This document shows, piece after piece, positions 36,817 to 48,825 of a stretch of 64,000 bases of DNA; the stretch's first letter is position 1; each line of letters opens with the position of its first letter. The notes under the pieces are model-generated. The model had not been told where the DNA came from and did not search any database. It saw only the letters and a program-made list of their open reading frames with translations. Both the position numbers and the translations under genes were made by a program. Source of the stretch: Paraphysomonas bandaiensis (taxonomy: Eukaryota; Protista; Chrysophyceae); assembly GCA_965644295.1 (NCBI GenBank), contig CBFFRP010000190.1:6921-70920 (forward strand), read 5' to 3'.

Positions 36817-37603
36817 AGATCTGGGGGCTTGTGGGGTGGTCCATACCGGTGCCTATGGTATTACAGAAAATAAAATAGGGGTACTTAATATTAAAATGTA
36901 TTAAATCACATATATATATGGCAATGTAACGTTATAGAAAAAATATATTAGACACATGGTTTATAATGTACCGGAAGTCTACTTTGCACTCTGGGGGTGA
37001 TCTATGGGCGTCTGGGGTGGCACGTATCGGTGCATGTGACAGCGGTACAATTAGAAGGAAAATATGTTTAAGACGTATATAAATGCTAAATTACGGCTTC
37101 ATTAACAATGTATATATAGTCTACAATGTATCTGTCGTGTTGGTCACCCTCTGAGGGTCGTCCAACGCTCCTGGGGTTTGCAATCTATAGGAGGCCGATA
37201 TCTGTACTGTTATGGCATATTACAAGAATATCTTTCGATAAAATCATCTATTTCTTAGATCATACGCTGCCATAGTAAATATACTTATGATGCATGCACT
37301 TTAATGTCTCTGAAGGTGGTACATGCTGTCGAGCTGCCTGTAAGTGACTGTATCTTCTACATACATACACACATATTCATAGTCTCATGTGCTGTTCCAC
37401 TGTATTGTATACCGGTATACAGCAGTATACTCACACATAAAAGTGGTGGTGATGGTGAGTGTGAGTTTGGGTGTGGTGATGATGAGTTTTAGGACGAGTG
37501 GGACCATCTACAGTCCTACAAGTGGAGGGTTGGTCCACTTTGTCGAAAAACGTCTCCAAGGGAGGTTGATATCTGCCGTGTGTCTCTATTCCTGGTTTCC
37601 CTT

Positions 37604-38389
37604 ATGTCGACATCGCGACAAGAACAAGGGGCAATGCTCCCTCGTAGTCCTGTTTTAGGTATTCTTACTGGTGTATCATATGTCTCTGGGATCGACTATT
37701 TCAAAGGAATTAACGAGCTCTATACAACCAAAGCATCCAGAGGTCATGCTATGGTCCCCAATCCTGATATCGTTATGGCATCCATTGACTGCGATATATA
37801 TGTTAAGTACCTCAATGAAGAGTCCTATGATGATGTGAAAAAACATCTTTTAACTGGAATAAGAAGGCTCCATGCTGCCGGATGCGAACTGCTATCGATC
37901 GCATCTAATACTGCTCATATGTGTGTTCCTGTTGTAGAAAAAGAATTTCCAAGTCTACAAATCATACATATTGCTGATTGTTGTGCTGCACGACTAAAAG
38001 CCCGAGGTATAAAGAGTGTAGGATTAATTGGAACTAAAGCTACAATGGAGTGTGACTACCTAAAGGACCGGCTATTGAGACATGGTATCGTCACTATCGT
38101 TCCAGAACATGAGGAAACGCGTGTAGAGATATTTCGTATAATAGTCGAAGAGCTATCGTATAATAACTTTGTCGAGTCATCCCGCCAGAATATGGTTCGT
38201 GCAATAGAGGAATTGGGCCATCGTGGGGCCAATGCCTGTATACTTGGTTGCACCGAAATAGAACTTTTAGTGCAACAGGAACATATTCCTAATATTGAAC
38301 TTCTTCCTTCTGCGCGTGTTCATATTGAAACAGTTGTTGATGTTCTGTTGGGTAATGTGCAGATAAGTCATATTTTACCATCACTGTAA
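37604..38389 (+). CDS. Aspartate/glutamate racemase family protein (RacX/YgeA-like), intronless
   Basis: LGILTGVSYVSGIDYF, IASNTAH, VGLIGTKATM, ILGCTEIELL. Confidence 0.9.
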   Translation: MSTSRQEQGAMLPRSPVLGILTGVSYVSGIDYFKGINELYTTKASRGHAMVPNPDIVMASIDCDIYVKYLNEESYDDVKKHLLTGIRRLHAAGCELLSIASNTAHMCVPVVEKEFPSLQIIHIADCCAARLKARGIKSVGLIGTKATMECDYLKDRLLRHGIVTIVPEHEETRVEIFRIIVEELSYNNFVESSRQNMVRAIEELGHRGANACILGCTEIELLVQQEHIPNIELLPSARVHIETVVDVLLGNVQISHILPSL

Positions 38390-38832
38390 ACAGCGGATGC
38401 TGTTGGACACACCATCGCGTAAGATAATAAACTTAATGACAATAATCACTGTTCTTAATAACCTTTATTGGGAGATATTGGCAGCACACTATATTATATT
38501 GCTATTCCACAAGTTAAAAGCATTTTATATACCTATATACAATATACGGTTTAGCCTCCTTTTGCCCCTTGGCCGCAACAAACGACGGGGTATGTGTGTG
38601 CCCTTTGAATTATATGCTAGATACTAAGATAAAGTGTAATCTGCTTTTAACAGATCTTTCTATTCGCATTTAACTTTGCTCGCACAGTGGCCACACAATT
38701 ATTCGATCATGTTTATAATGTATAATGACAACAAGAAATAAGCTCCACGCAAATACTATACCAGCTCACCATCAGCACAACCATAATATCTGTCTACGAA
38801 TTGAAAGATATACTACTGGATACACCAATCGA

Positions 38833-39655
38833 CTAAGCTGCACCCATGCGTTTTTCTCTGGCCATAACCTTGTATTACAGTGGAATTAAATAAATCTAAG
38901 AAACACGTGTCAGATACCTCTGGGGAGAACTTGATGAGAAAAACAGTTCGATCCGGACCATCTGGCTGGTGAACTAGATGAGCAGTAACTTTAGCGTTCT
39001 AGTAGAACATATTAGTGGAGTGAGGAGGGTTTATACATAAAGCACTCACAAACTTCGCGCTGTCCAATATACCAGCAATTATACCAGCCAGGTAAGCTGC
39101 ACAGTTTAACTGTCCCATGTCAACAGGAAGCGAAACAAATGTGTTTGTAACGGGGTTATTCTCATGAATCATATCTGTATAACTCTTAGTAAAAGCAACA
39201 GCGTTGATGTATCTAATATTATACATTCATCTTCGTTCTCCATGGACCGTTGCAGAGAGTCCGCCTCTTTGTTAAACAGGTGTCTCCAGACCACATTGGA
39301 GACATACTGTTTCGTGGATGTCATACAGAGAAATAAATTTAAACCTAGATACCTGTAGCATGTTCACCAAACGCGTCTCGCGCTTCGTCACTCTATCTCT
39401 GCAACTAATCAACTCTATTACACGTTGTCCAACGCCATAACCCATCTCCTCCAGCCTTCACAAAATATTATGCAAATCAGAGAGCTTAACTTGATATTAC
39501 TTTCTCTCTAAATCACCAATACTGGTGACACGGTTCTGGCTGTACTGAACAATCTCTGAAAAGAGAAACGCAAAGCTACTCAGAGAGACCTCTCCTTTCG
39601 GCTTAGTGAGAGGTCTGTCGAGAATACCTGGTCGGACTTCTCTTTTCGCTGCCAT
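38833..39655 (-). CDS. TRAPPC5: TRAPP complex subunit 5 (Trs31), multi-exon
   Basis: [60 protein letters not shown]. Confidence 0.93.
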
Positions 39656-40102
39656 AATTTGATATAAAAGTAAGAATTTCGGCGGGTATTACAGTCCCGT
39701 CAGCGTCTCTATCCTCTCAATAGGACAATGCACTATTATTATATTGATACTGTAATGCTATTGACTGCTATACCTACACCACCATACCATACCATAGTAA
39801 TGTATAGAGTACACTGTACAGCTCTCACATATATAAGCTATATACGGTTGTATTTTTCAGTATCCTGCATGTGAGTATATACTGCTGTAAGTATGTACGT
39901 ATATATATGTATATGGATGCAGATATGAGGAGATGTATGTGTATATATGGCACAGTGGACTGAATATGCATATAGAATTCTTATGGTGGTAACTCATAGC
40001 TGTTACTATCTGTCTGATCCCCTCCAGCCACCTCCCACGATATCACCATGTCCTGTGGTCTGTATCCCCTCCCTGTGATATAACTCAGCTGCATATATCT
40101 CT

Positions 40103-42439
40103 ATGATGATAGTGTTATATAGTTTAGTGTTGTACAGTATATTGTTAGCTCGAGTAGAGGCTCATATACATCTCAATGATAAATATGCTGTTTGTACATA
40201 CTATCAGCCTCAAACTAAAACCACTCAAAACCCTTTTATATTTTTATCTATGCTGGAGAGGTTCGGCAAAGACAAGAGAGATAGGGACATGATGTTTCCG
40301 GGTAGTGACGTTAACGTGTCATCCATAAGCACCTTTGTGTTTGTTTACAATGATCATATTCACAATCAAGACTTAGCTGTCATAAATAAGACGTTTGATA
40401 TACACATTATTGAAATTTCTCGTAGAGATGATAAGCCTCCTGAGGATCACGTAATTCTTAATGTGTTGGGGAATCTGTGGAGAGTGTATATGTATGACAT
40501 GTTCGATTCTGTTTTATTTCTTCGACCAAACTCTCTGGTGGCAGCCTCACCATTTCCTCATCCTAAAGTTACTTATTCTAACAACGATGTGATTACTTTC
40601 TGCTCTACTTCTCGCTTTGGGCGTGCGTGCGATATGAGTGCGTTTTTTCTACCCAACCAGAAATCTGTGATTCTTGTCTCTATGGTGTCATCGAAACTTA
40701 GCATGAAACTTACAGGAGACACGGACTTGAGTACAATTAGCGCAAATTTTGACGAAGCATTGCGTAGTAGTGGTGTGAATGTACAGGATCTAGTGGAGTA
40801 TTATCCTGGTAGCGAGAACCCGCCGCGATCCCATGCTGACAGAATATTCCATAGTTCTTCCGCCGTACGAGTTGTTACATTCCCATATGAAGACGTCTTG
40901 CTAGATATAGTTCCGAGGAAATATGTATATTCCACAAGAAACATCAGTGTGTGTAACACCCATCATACCCCATACACTCCCTGTGGCAAGGCCAATGCGG
41001 ATTGCATTGTACTTGTCAATTTAAGCACTGTATCCGCTGCACTGCGAATGCTTCTACCAGACATTCACAAAAGTTGTCAAGAGATATGCCGATGCCCTAC
41101 TCTGCGCCCTTCTTTTGTCTTCTACCATCCTGATGATTTTCAAGGTGGTGCCCTAGTGTCCCCTGCGTATAAGTCCTTCTTGCCTGTCGCCATAACCGAA
41201 GACCAAGGCAGCTGCAATCTATTCTGGGCACAGTCACCTGATAACATTCCTCCTGACGTTGTGGCGTCATTGTTGGGAGAGCGTGACCAGCAAATTGACC
41301 ACTACTCGCTGTGGGGTCGAATGGAATGTCCAGATGTGTTCAAAGAGGGCGACGAGATTGTGCTTCACATCCAAGTCAATGAGGTGGAAGTTGTAGCTAC
41401 GCATACAACAAATGCCGGGAGTTTGTATATTTATAGTCAATTTCACCTTCTCCTACTCAACAACGTGCCAATGGGAGAAATTTATCTCACTGTAGTTTCG
41501 CCTCCAGCTGCTGACTTTACACCTCTTCTTGCCGCCTTTAGGTCGTTTGTACACTTTCAGCCGAGAGATATAGCCAACATTAATGCGGTGAAGTCTGTAG
41601 GTGGAAAGTATGGACTATTTTTTATTGTAGATATGGAGGATAATAAGGAAAGTGATCTCGTTGAAATCAATGTCAGTTATGGATACTCGGCCATGGTGCC
41701 TCGGAGTATGGCTAGAGCTGCATTTCATCCGAAGGGGCATCGGCCAAACATTCTGGTGACGGGATACCCCCACTCCGGCACTTCTATCACTCAAAAGATC
41801 CTATCCAATCACCCAGAAGCGGTTTACGTTTCTTTGGAAAGTATGCCTTTTCCATTCTTTACTGACCTGGAGATGAACTCCCCGCATGTATTCAAATATC
41901 CTTATCTCTACAACGCAGCCCCACCCCGAGTCATCGCGCAACATCAGGATGACTGGCGTGTTATTGTGGTTTTGAAAGATTTTAGAGACGCTGTGACTAG
42001 TATCTGGAATAAAGTGAAAATTGATGATCTTGACAGCTTCTATGATGAATGGGAACTCTATTGGGAGCATTTAGTGATTAATACCCTGTCCCTTCTGAAG
42101 TATTCTCACGTCATTGTAATTCGCTACGAGGACCTCTTTGATGCTCCCGAGTACACCACATTTCGAAGAGTATTTGAGTTTGCTGGTTTGTCATTTGATC
42201 CAGTTTATGTCGCCGATAACTATAAGTTTCCGATATCTACAATGCAATCTGCTACTTCGGACGGGACCGCGATTGTAGGAGACGATATAGAAGTGCGGCG
42301 ATTGCAACAGATGAATTCTAATTTCACTCAATATAGTGGTAAATGGAAGTCCCATCCGCATGCTGATTACCTTAGGCGGAGAATAGAGAATAACAAGGTA
42401 TTGAAACAGTTTATGGTAATGATGGGCTATGAGGTATGA
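40103..42439 (+). CDS. Secretory-pathway protein with C-terminal sulfotransferase domain (778 aa)
   Basis: Signal peptide; ILVTGYPHSGTS, VVLKDFRDAVTS, IRYEDL, SGKWK. Confidence 0.75.
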   Translation: MMIVLYSLVLYSILLARVEAHIHLNDKYAVCTYYQPQTKTTQNPFIFLSMLERFGKDKRDRDMMFPGSDVNVSSISTFVFVYNDHIHNQDLAVINKTFDIHIIEISRRDDKPPEDHVILNVLGNLWRVYMYDMFDSVLFLRPNSLVAASPFPHPKVTYSNNDVITFCSTSRFGRACDMSAFFLPNQKSVILVSMVSSKLSMKLTGDTDLSTISANFDEALRSSGVNVQDLVEYYPGSENPPRSHADRIFHSSSAVRVVTFPYEDVLLDIVPRKYVYSTRNISVCNTHHTPYTPCGKANADCIVLVNLSTVSAALRMLLPDIHKSCQEICRCPTLRPSFVFYHPDDFQGGALVSPAYKSFLPVAITEDQGSCNLFWAQSPDNIPPDVVASLLGERDQQIDHYSLWGRMECPDVFKEGDEIVLHIQVNEVEVVATHTTNAGSLYIYSQFHLLLLNNVPMGEIYLTVVSPPAADFTPLLAAFRSFVHFQPRDIANINAVKSVGGKYGLFFIVDMEDNKESDLVEINVSYGYSAMVPRSMARAAFHPKGHRPNILVTGYPHSGTSITQKILSNHPEAVYVSLESMPFPFFTDLEMNSPHVFKYPYLYNAAPPRVIAQHQDDWRVIVVLKDFRDAVTSIWNKVKIDDLDSFYDEWELYWEHLVINTLSLLKYSHVIVIRYEDLFDAPEYTTFRRVFEFAGLSFDPVYVADNYKFPISTMQSATSDGTAIVGDDIEVRRLQQMNSNFTQYSGKWKSHPHADYLRRRIENNKVLKQFMVMMGYEV

Positions 42440-43583
42440 GTCCTGCCCATCAGCACGATAGAATGCATCAAACGAAGAATTTCTATGTATTTTGAGTAGA
42501 ATCGGTACTTTGTGCGTCTTGTCCCGTGCCGTATATAGTTCTTGTATTGGTGTTTGTGGCGTGTACAAATTCGATACAATTTATATCTCTTTCCGTGATA
42601 CATGTCTATTTGGTTCTTTGGTGACTCTCTGGTTGTTGTGTCGTGTTAATAATAGCTACTAAACTATAGAAAGCTGCGCTTCCCCCGAACTTTGTCAGGG
42701 TTGCGTATCAATTAGTTGATTTGCACAATCAAAATTAATATAGCTACCTGAAGCACTTCCATGCCGCCACCAATAGTTTGAATAATTACCAGACTACTAT
42801 ATAAGATACGCTGTACAAGATATGCTAGTGTGTGAGTATTTTTAGTTTTGAATGCTTTATTCCACCGTGTCTTGAAAATATTAGGCTTTATTCTTCATGT
42901 GGAGTTTATTGTTTATAATCAAGCTTTACCATCGCAACAATATCTTTCATTAAACGCTAAGATTGCTTAGCTATAATCTTATTTTGGCAGCGAATGAGTT
43001 CAAATATAGCAGTTACGAGTTACGATATTCTCGACTTCGATCCATTGGACAAAAGGAAAGACTAGTGCAATTGTGATTTAAACGGACAAAAGTTTGCTAG
43101 CTGGGTATCATATTACAACTGCACCTATCGCCTATTGTAACCGCGAAACTACAACGCAGTCACAGAACTCTGTGGTTATAATATAGTACGATCACTGCAT
43201 ACTGCATACCAGACTATGAAACTGGGGTAAATCTGTCTCAGTGAGTTGTTGGTCTTGTATCAACGATATTTGCTTTCCATGCCTGCCTCAATTGCCCTAT
43301 GTACTATATAGAATATACCTATGTACTATATACGTAGTTTCTCAGCAGTTCGCTTATATAAAGGAACAGCTATAAAACTTTAAATTATAAACTATTCTAA
43401 AATATACGAAATAAACAAGAAAACACAACAATTCATTATTTATTTCATCAACAATATTTCTGCAATAACAATTATATAACATTCGATTTATTTCGTCAGC
43501 AAAAAATGATACTACACCATTCACAGTACGTCATAATATATACAAAAACAAATATAGAATTTGTTACGCACTATATCTTGTCG

Positions 43584-46277
43584 TTAACGACGTAATGCAG
43601 TTTTCATCGCTTTGGATGACTTTCCTTTACTCACTGGAGGCAGACCTTTGTCGAATAAATCATTGCGATATATTATCTGTAGATACGGAATCACAAGGGA
43701 CGCATAGATCACAAAACACTCACATTTCGTTCAATAAGCTCCGCTAACGTTGAGCGCCTAGAAAGTTGAGTCGATAATATCTGCCGTCTCCTGTTCCATG
43801 TATCTCGCACCGTACTAGGGGGGGCCGAAGAAAGTTGACTATCATAATGATGCTGTGTGGCGTTTAAGACAGAACTTGTTAAGTCTCTGTGTTCACCTGG
43901 CATAGCCTTGATCTCCACAGTTTCAAATTAAATAACAGCTTTCTCACCTGGAAGCATCTGTACATTTTGCTTCTGTGCACTGTTGAGAGCAACAAGTACG
44001 TCGGTAAAAGACGGTCGCTCACTGGGTTCGCTGTGCCAACATTGGTCCCGGATATGTTGCAATGAAGGTGGGGAGCGGTCGTAGTTACTTGAGTCTGATG
44101 GCCGAAGATTACGGGTTGCTGCCAGATATGCCGCACGCTATTTACACGCTATTACAATACCATACCAGATAGACCTTACTAACTTACTTGCGGGTTTTGT
44201 CCCTCATATGGCGATTCTCTTGAGATTATTTCCCACATTAGAATCCCAAAACTAAACACATCAGCAGATTGGGTATAATGATCACCACTGAAGACTTCTG
44301 GCGCTAAATAGAAAAGATTCCCAACGCATGACGTCATATACCTGCAAATGGAGTCATATATCAGTGGTTGGAAAAATAAAAACATAGCAGCCCACCATCC
44401 CACGTTGCGCGAAAGACCAAAGTCGGTCAGTTTAGCAACAGGCTTGCTTTCGTCAGCACATGCAGCCAGTAACTCCTGTTTTGAAACTATAAAAGATTAC
44501 AGCGAAAACAGAGAATATTACTTCATCTGACAACTCTGGTGAAACCGATAGTAGCACATTGGAGGATGACAAATCTCTGTGGATGACAGCAGGCCTAAAA
44601 TATCACAAACATGAGGTTCACAGTATGTCTTTTACAATGAACTGTCACTAACTTTCTACGGTGTAGGTAGCCACCACCAGCTGCAACGTCCTTTAATATC
44701 CTAATAACTACAGGAAGTGGGAGTGGTTTGTTTTCGTCTCCGGTATTCTTGTAGTTGTGGATAAGCTGTTAAAATACCCTTGAGTTATGCGGTCACAGCA
44801 ACAACTAAAAAACCAGACCTGATAGAGTGAACATTTCAGCAGCTCAGACACAATGAGTGCATCCGGTGGAACAGTAACACCGTAAAACACCGTAATATTC
44901 GGGTGTCTGAGCTTTGATAGTGAGAAAACCTCACTCAGAAGTGTATTTCTCTGCGCAGCCACCACATTCAGGTATGAAACGCATAATCAATGATGAGACT
45001 CACATCACCAAGAGAAGTGACATCGTGTTTCATTTTTTTCACCGCCACATCTTGGGATCCATTCCATTTCCCACGCCATACTTCACCGAAAAAACCTTCT
45101 CCTATCTTGTGAACAAGAGCAATCTACGTGCAATACATGACGACTCATGATAATGCACAACGCCAAACGACTATCGTACCTCTCCCCGTTCTATGACAAG
45201 GTCACTATCGAAGTGAATGGGTAGTGTCTCGGAGTTGCTCCGCTGTCGCTGATCGATAGTAGTTGGGGAACGACGAGAGGAATGCTGTTCTGTGCTTTCC
45301 TCCTGCGCCAAGGCCTGTTTTTTATTCGATTGATTTAAAACCGCTTTACCGGGCGCACGATTGTACTGAAGAGTTTCACGATCTTCATCTTGTGTAAAAG
45401 AGGGAGAATTTGCAGGGATACCAGCACGATCAGATCCCGGGAATGGTGCATAGAACCCGTCATCATTGTTCTGGTTCTCAAACTCGTCGTCGCTATAGTA
45501 GCTATCTGAATCAAAATACTCCGCTTCGTCAACGTCAGATATTTTCGTTTCATTCACCATCTTTTGCATGTCCATCAGCTGGGCGCTAAGGGGTGTCTTG
45601 CTAATATCTTCCTGAACAAGCACGGGCTCTTCCTGAGAATATGTAGTTTTCTGCGTTGATCTTTCTCCAGTAGAACGGGTAAGCAGGCTACCACTGTCAT
45701 ACATGGGGCTTCCGGTGGGAACTGCCTGCTTAGACAATGTTTTTTTGGGAGGTTGCGGATTTGTAGCTAGAGATTTGGCCTTCTTTATACCTTGCTTGGA
45801 AGCAGGCCGTTGAACCCCCTTGGATCTGATGTTATCAGCATTGGCATAGTGGGTGCTCGATTTCAACTTCCTGTCCCCTTCCTTCGTATTGATATGCACA
45901 TCATCGGTTCCCTCCTCGGCAGAGTGTAGTGACTGAGAATATCCTGTATTCAATCCTCTCACAGGGGATGATGTAACATCAAAGCTTTTACTTCTTCCAG
46001 ATGCACTGGCGGGAGAGCGCAGGTCCCACTCCACTCCCAGTGCATCCTCTACCTCATTCTTTGGTCGTGCCTTCGATGGTGATGTTTTCTTATATACGGA
46101 CGGTATGCGCTCTCGAGATACATCATTCCATATGTCTTTTTTAGGTTTCGAGGGCTTCAGATATGAGTGAGACCGCTCGTCTACTGTAGAGGCCTTAGGC
46201 CGTACATTCCCCCTGTATACACTCAATAACACATTAAGGAAGAGATATGAGACTTACCATGGGGATGGTTTCCACAT
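43584..46277 (-). CDS. TKL-group protein kinase with disordered N-terminus and C-terminal RPEL-like motif, multi-exon
   Basis: IGEGFFGEVW, VAVKK, LRHPNI, IHRDLSS, KLTDFGLSR, YLAPE, ADVFSFGILMWE; LSTQLSRRSTLAELIERNII. Confidence 0.88.
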
Positions 46278-48233
46278 GGATCACCTGATTGATGAGTTGT
46301 TTGGGTTCCTACTCACAGTGTGATGCATACACAGACATTCCTCTTATCTATCTCTGTGCAGATATATACAGCAGCGGTAGGACTGTATACCTATACCTAC
46401 ATATATATGTAGCACTGTACTCTGTATATACGAGTATGTGTGGACTGTAGTATACAGGGTAATACCGTGACGTATACCATTATGCTCCTGCCTGTGTCGT
46501 ACACCAGCCCAATATCCAGATATTCGACATTACATATACATATATATGAGAAAAGAAGTATGACTTGAAGCATAATTTCAACCAATCAGCATTAATCAAA
46601 CCCTAAAGAAGTGAGTAATCTACACCCAATCAGACATATGATCAACCTATGAGGAGATGACCGTACCGTGTGCTACTCTCTGTACTATGCAGTCAACACG
46701 AGTCCGTGTGTCCCTGTATATCACAATCCAGTTATGACACATGCCACATGGAGACACCTTGATGGAAATGATGAACTGTATAATCCGCCCTATCACTGTG
46801 ATATTCTCTTCGTCTCCTCGTCTATATGTAAACAGCTGGGACTCAGTATGTGTTTAAAGAGCGACACTGAACTCTACTGAACACAGATATATATTGACTG
46901 ACCCAGTCGAAACGAATCACTGCATCCATGTCTGCCACAAGTACTCTTTATCGCCACGATCTAACTGCAGCTGCGGCTTACGTTCCTCCCGCCTTAACTG
47001 AAGCACTTCTCTCTGAGGATTCGGATGACCCTGACGAAGATGATTAGCGGCGTTATGCACTCAGTTCCTCATGTTGTCATGTGCTTCGCGTGGTGGACAA
47101 TCTCCTAGTTAAATAGAGTAGCTAATTATATATTGGGTGAATATCTGAAATGTTAATACCAATATATCTAACTATTAATCCTGTATTACTTTTTAGTGCT
47201 TAAAGCAATGTAAGGACACTCTATTGCAACCGGAATTAACGAGAAATAAATAATGGAAAGTATAGGTCTATCATTTAGCGGAGTATATACTGCGTAATGA
47301 TAAATTGGCGCAGGATACAGTCAATTAAAAATATTACTCGCTTTCCCTATTTCAGTTTCAGCAAAGAATTGAAAACCAATTAATTGTTACACTACCCTGT
47401 TTGAGCGCACTTTTTTCGCCCATTTGAAGTCCTATCTTTAGACAACAATACCATTTCAATAATTTTAAAGGCACTACAAATATAGTTATATGTTATATAT
47501 AACTATGTAACTACGGGCTATAAAGAAGCTATACCGTCCCGCGCTCAAAATTTTGAAACAAGGGCGAATATTGAACTACAACCAACTTCTACGTGCGTAA
47601 TTGAAGCTTGTTGAAGCTTATCGCTTGTAGCTATCCTATATTCTATGTAGCAATGAAATACAGAATATACATGACCACACTATAGGAGTAGCTATTAAAA
47701 GTATACAAAGAAACTGATAATATAGTACGACTGTTAAAGATACGATTTGTTGGTGTTGGTGTTGGTGATTGACGTGGTTCCTCAATCACAGTGCTACAAC
47801 GTAATTCAGTCAATACTGTGCTACTACATGTATGATTTAAGTCAAGGCTATGAAGGTTGTTCGCTTGCACTGACATCATTATGATCTTCTACAGAAGTCG
47901 AAGGATGGAATATTATAATGATGATCAGCTTTGGACAGTTGCTTGGCTCATGATTGTGGTTTCTCTCTAATTGTGTAATATATAAAATGAAATCACATAC
48001 GAATAACTGTTAATATCATAATAAAGATAGAAGAGTACTTCTGTTGAACCGAGTATTGAACTTGAGTTTCTATATTTGCCCGGTGCTAATATGGATGAGC
48101 ACCCTGTTGAGCCCAAATCAGGTCAAACGAAAGCCTTTTTGAAACAAGTTAGGGATAAATGTATAGCGCAATTAAAATGTACTACAGTACTTGACTCTTT
48201 TGAATTATTTGTAAACAAATGTAGATAAGTAGA

Positions 48234-48558
48234 AGTACAATGGCGGCATATAGACATCGGTGGGCCATATAGATACCTATAGGTGCTTCGAACTACCTAT
48301 AAGTACCTCATGCATACCTATCCTAGTACCTAGCTGTAGGTATTCCTTGCGACCCTGCCTATAGGAAGGTGCCTATGTCTTACCACCTATAGGTACTATA
48401 AAATCATAGCTACGGGTACCTCGGCCGTAGGTATTACCGATCTACTTATAGGTGCTAGTCAAGTTCCTAGGTACCAGGAGATTTAATTAATATAGTACCT
48501 ATAGGTACCTACCTAGAGGTACTTTTTCTGAGGTTCACCTATGAAATTTGGTTGTACT
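48234..48558. repeat. Cluster of degenerate palindromic TACCTATAGGTA-like motifs (possible MITE)
   Basis: Many imperfect copies of acctataggt/ggtacc, with short inverted ends agtacaa...ttgtact. Confidence 0.45.
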
Positions 48559-48825
48559 GTCTAAATGTCATGTACATACACGCTGAAAGGGGTTTATTGG
48601 TTTGAAGCAGCAAGTTTGAGCCAACAGTCTCGAACAACATACATTACGTGTTAAGCACGTGTATGTATATTTCACAACATACTAATGCAGCTTATTGAAC
48701 TCATATATTATGGCATTTAAACTCTCGAGTAGTACTTGTACTTGATTTATGGCATAATTTTCATATATTTAATCCAAGAAACAATTGTAGTTATTGAACA
48801 CTTTTTACACAGGTTTACTGACACA

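Noticed and set aside
46440-47047. Possible small spliced plus-strand gene ending ...SEDSDDPDEDD
   Set aside because: Splice-like signals are present but I could not build a consistent reading frame.
47393-47565. Possible MITE (ccctgttt...aaacaaggg, tgagcgc/gcgctca)
   Set aside because: Inverted ends are too degenerate, with no TSD or second copy.
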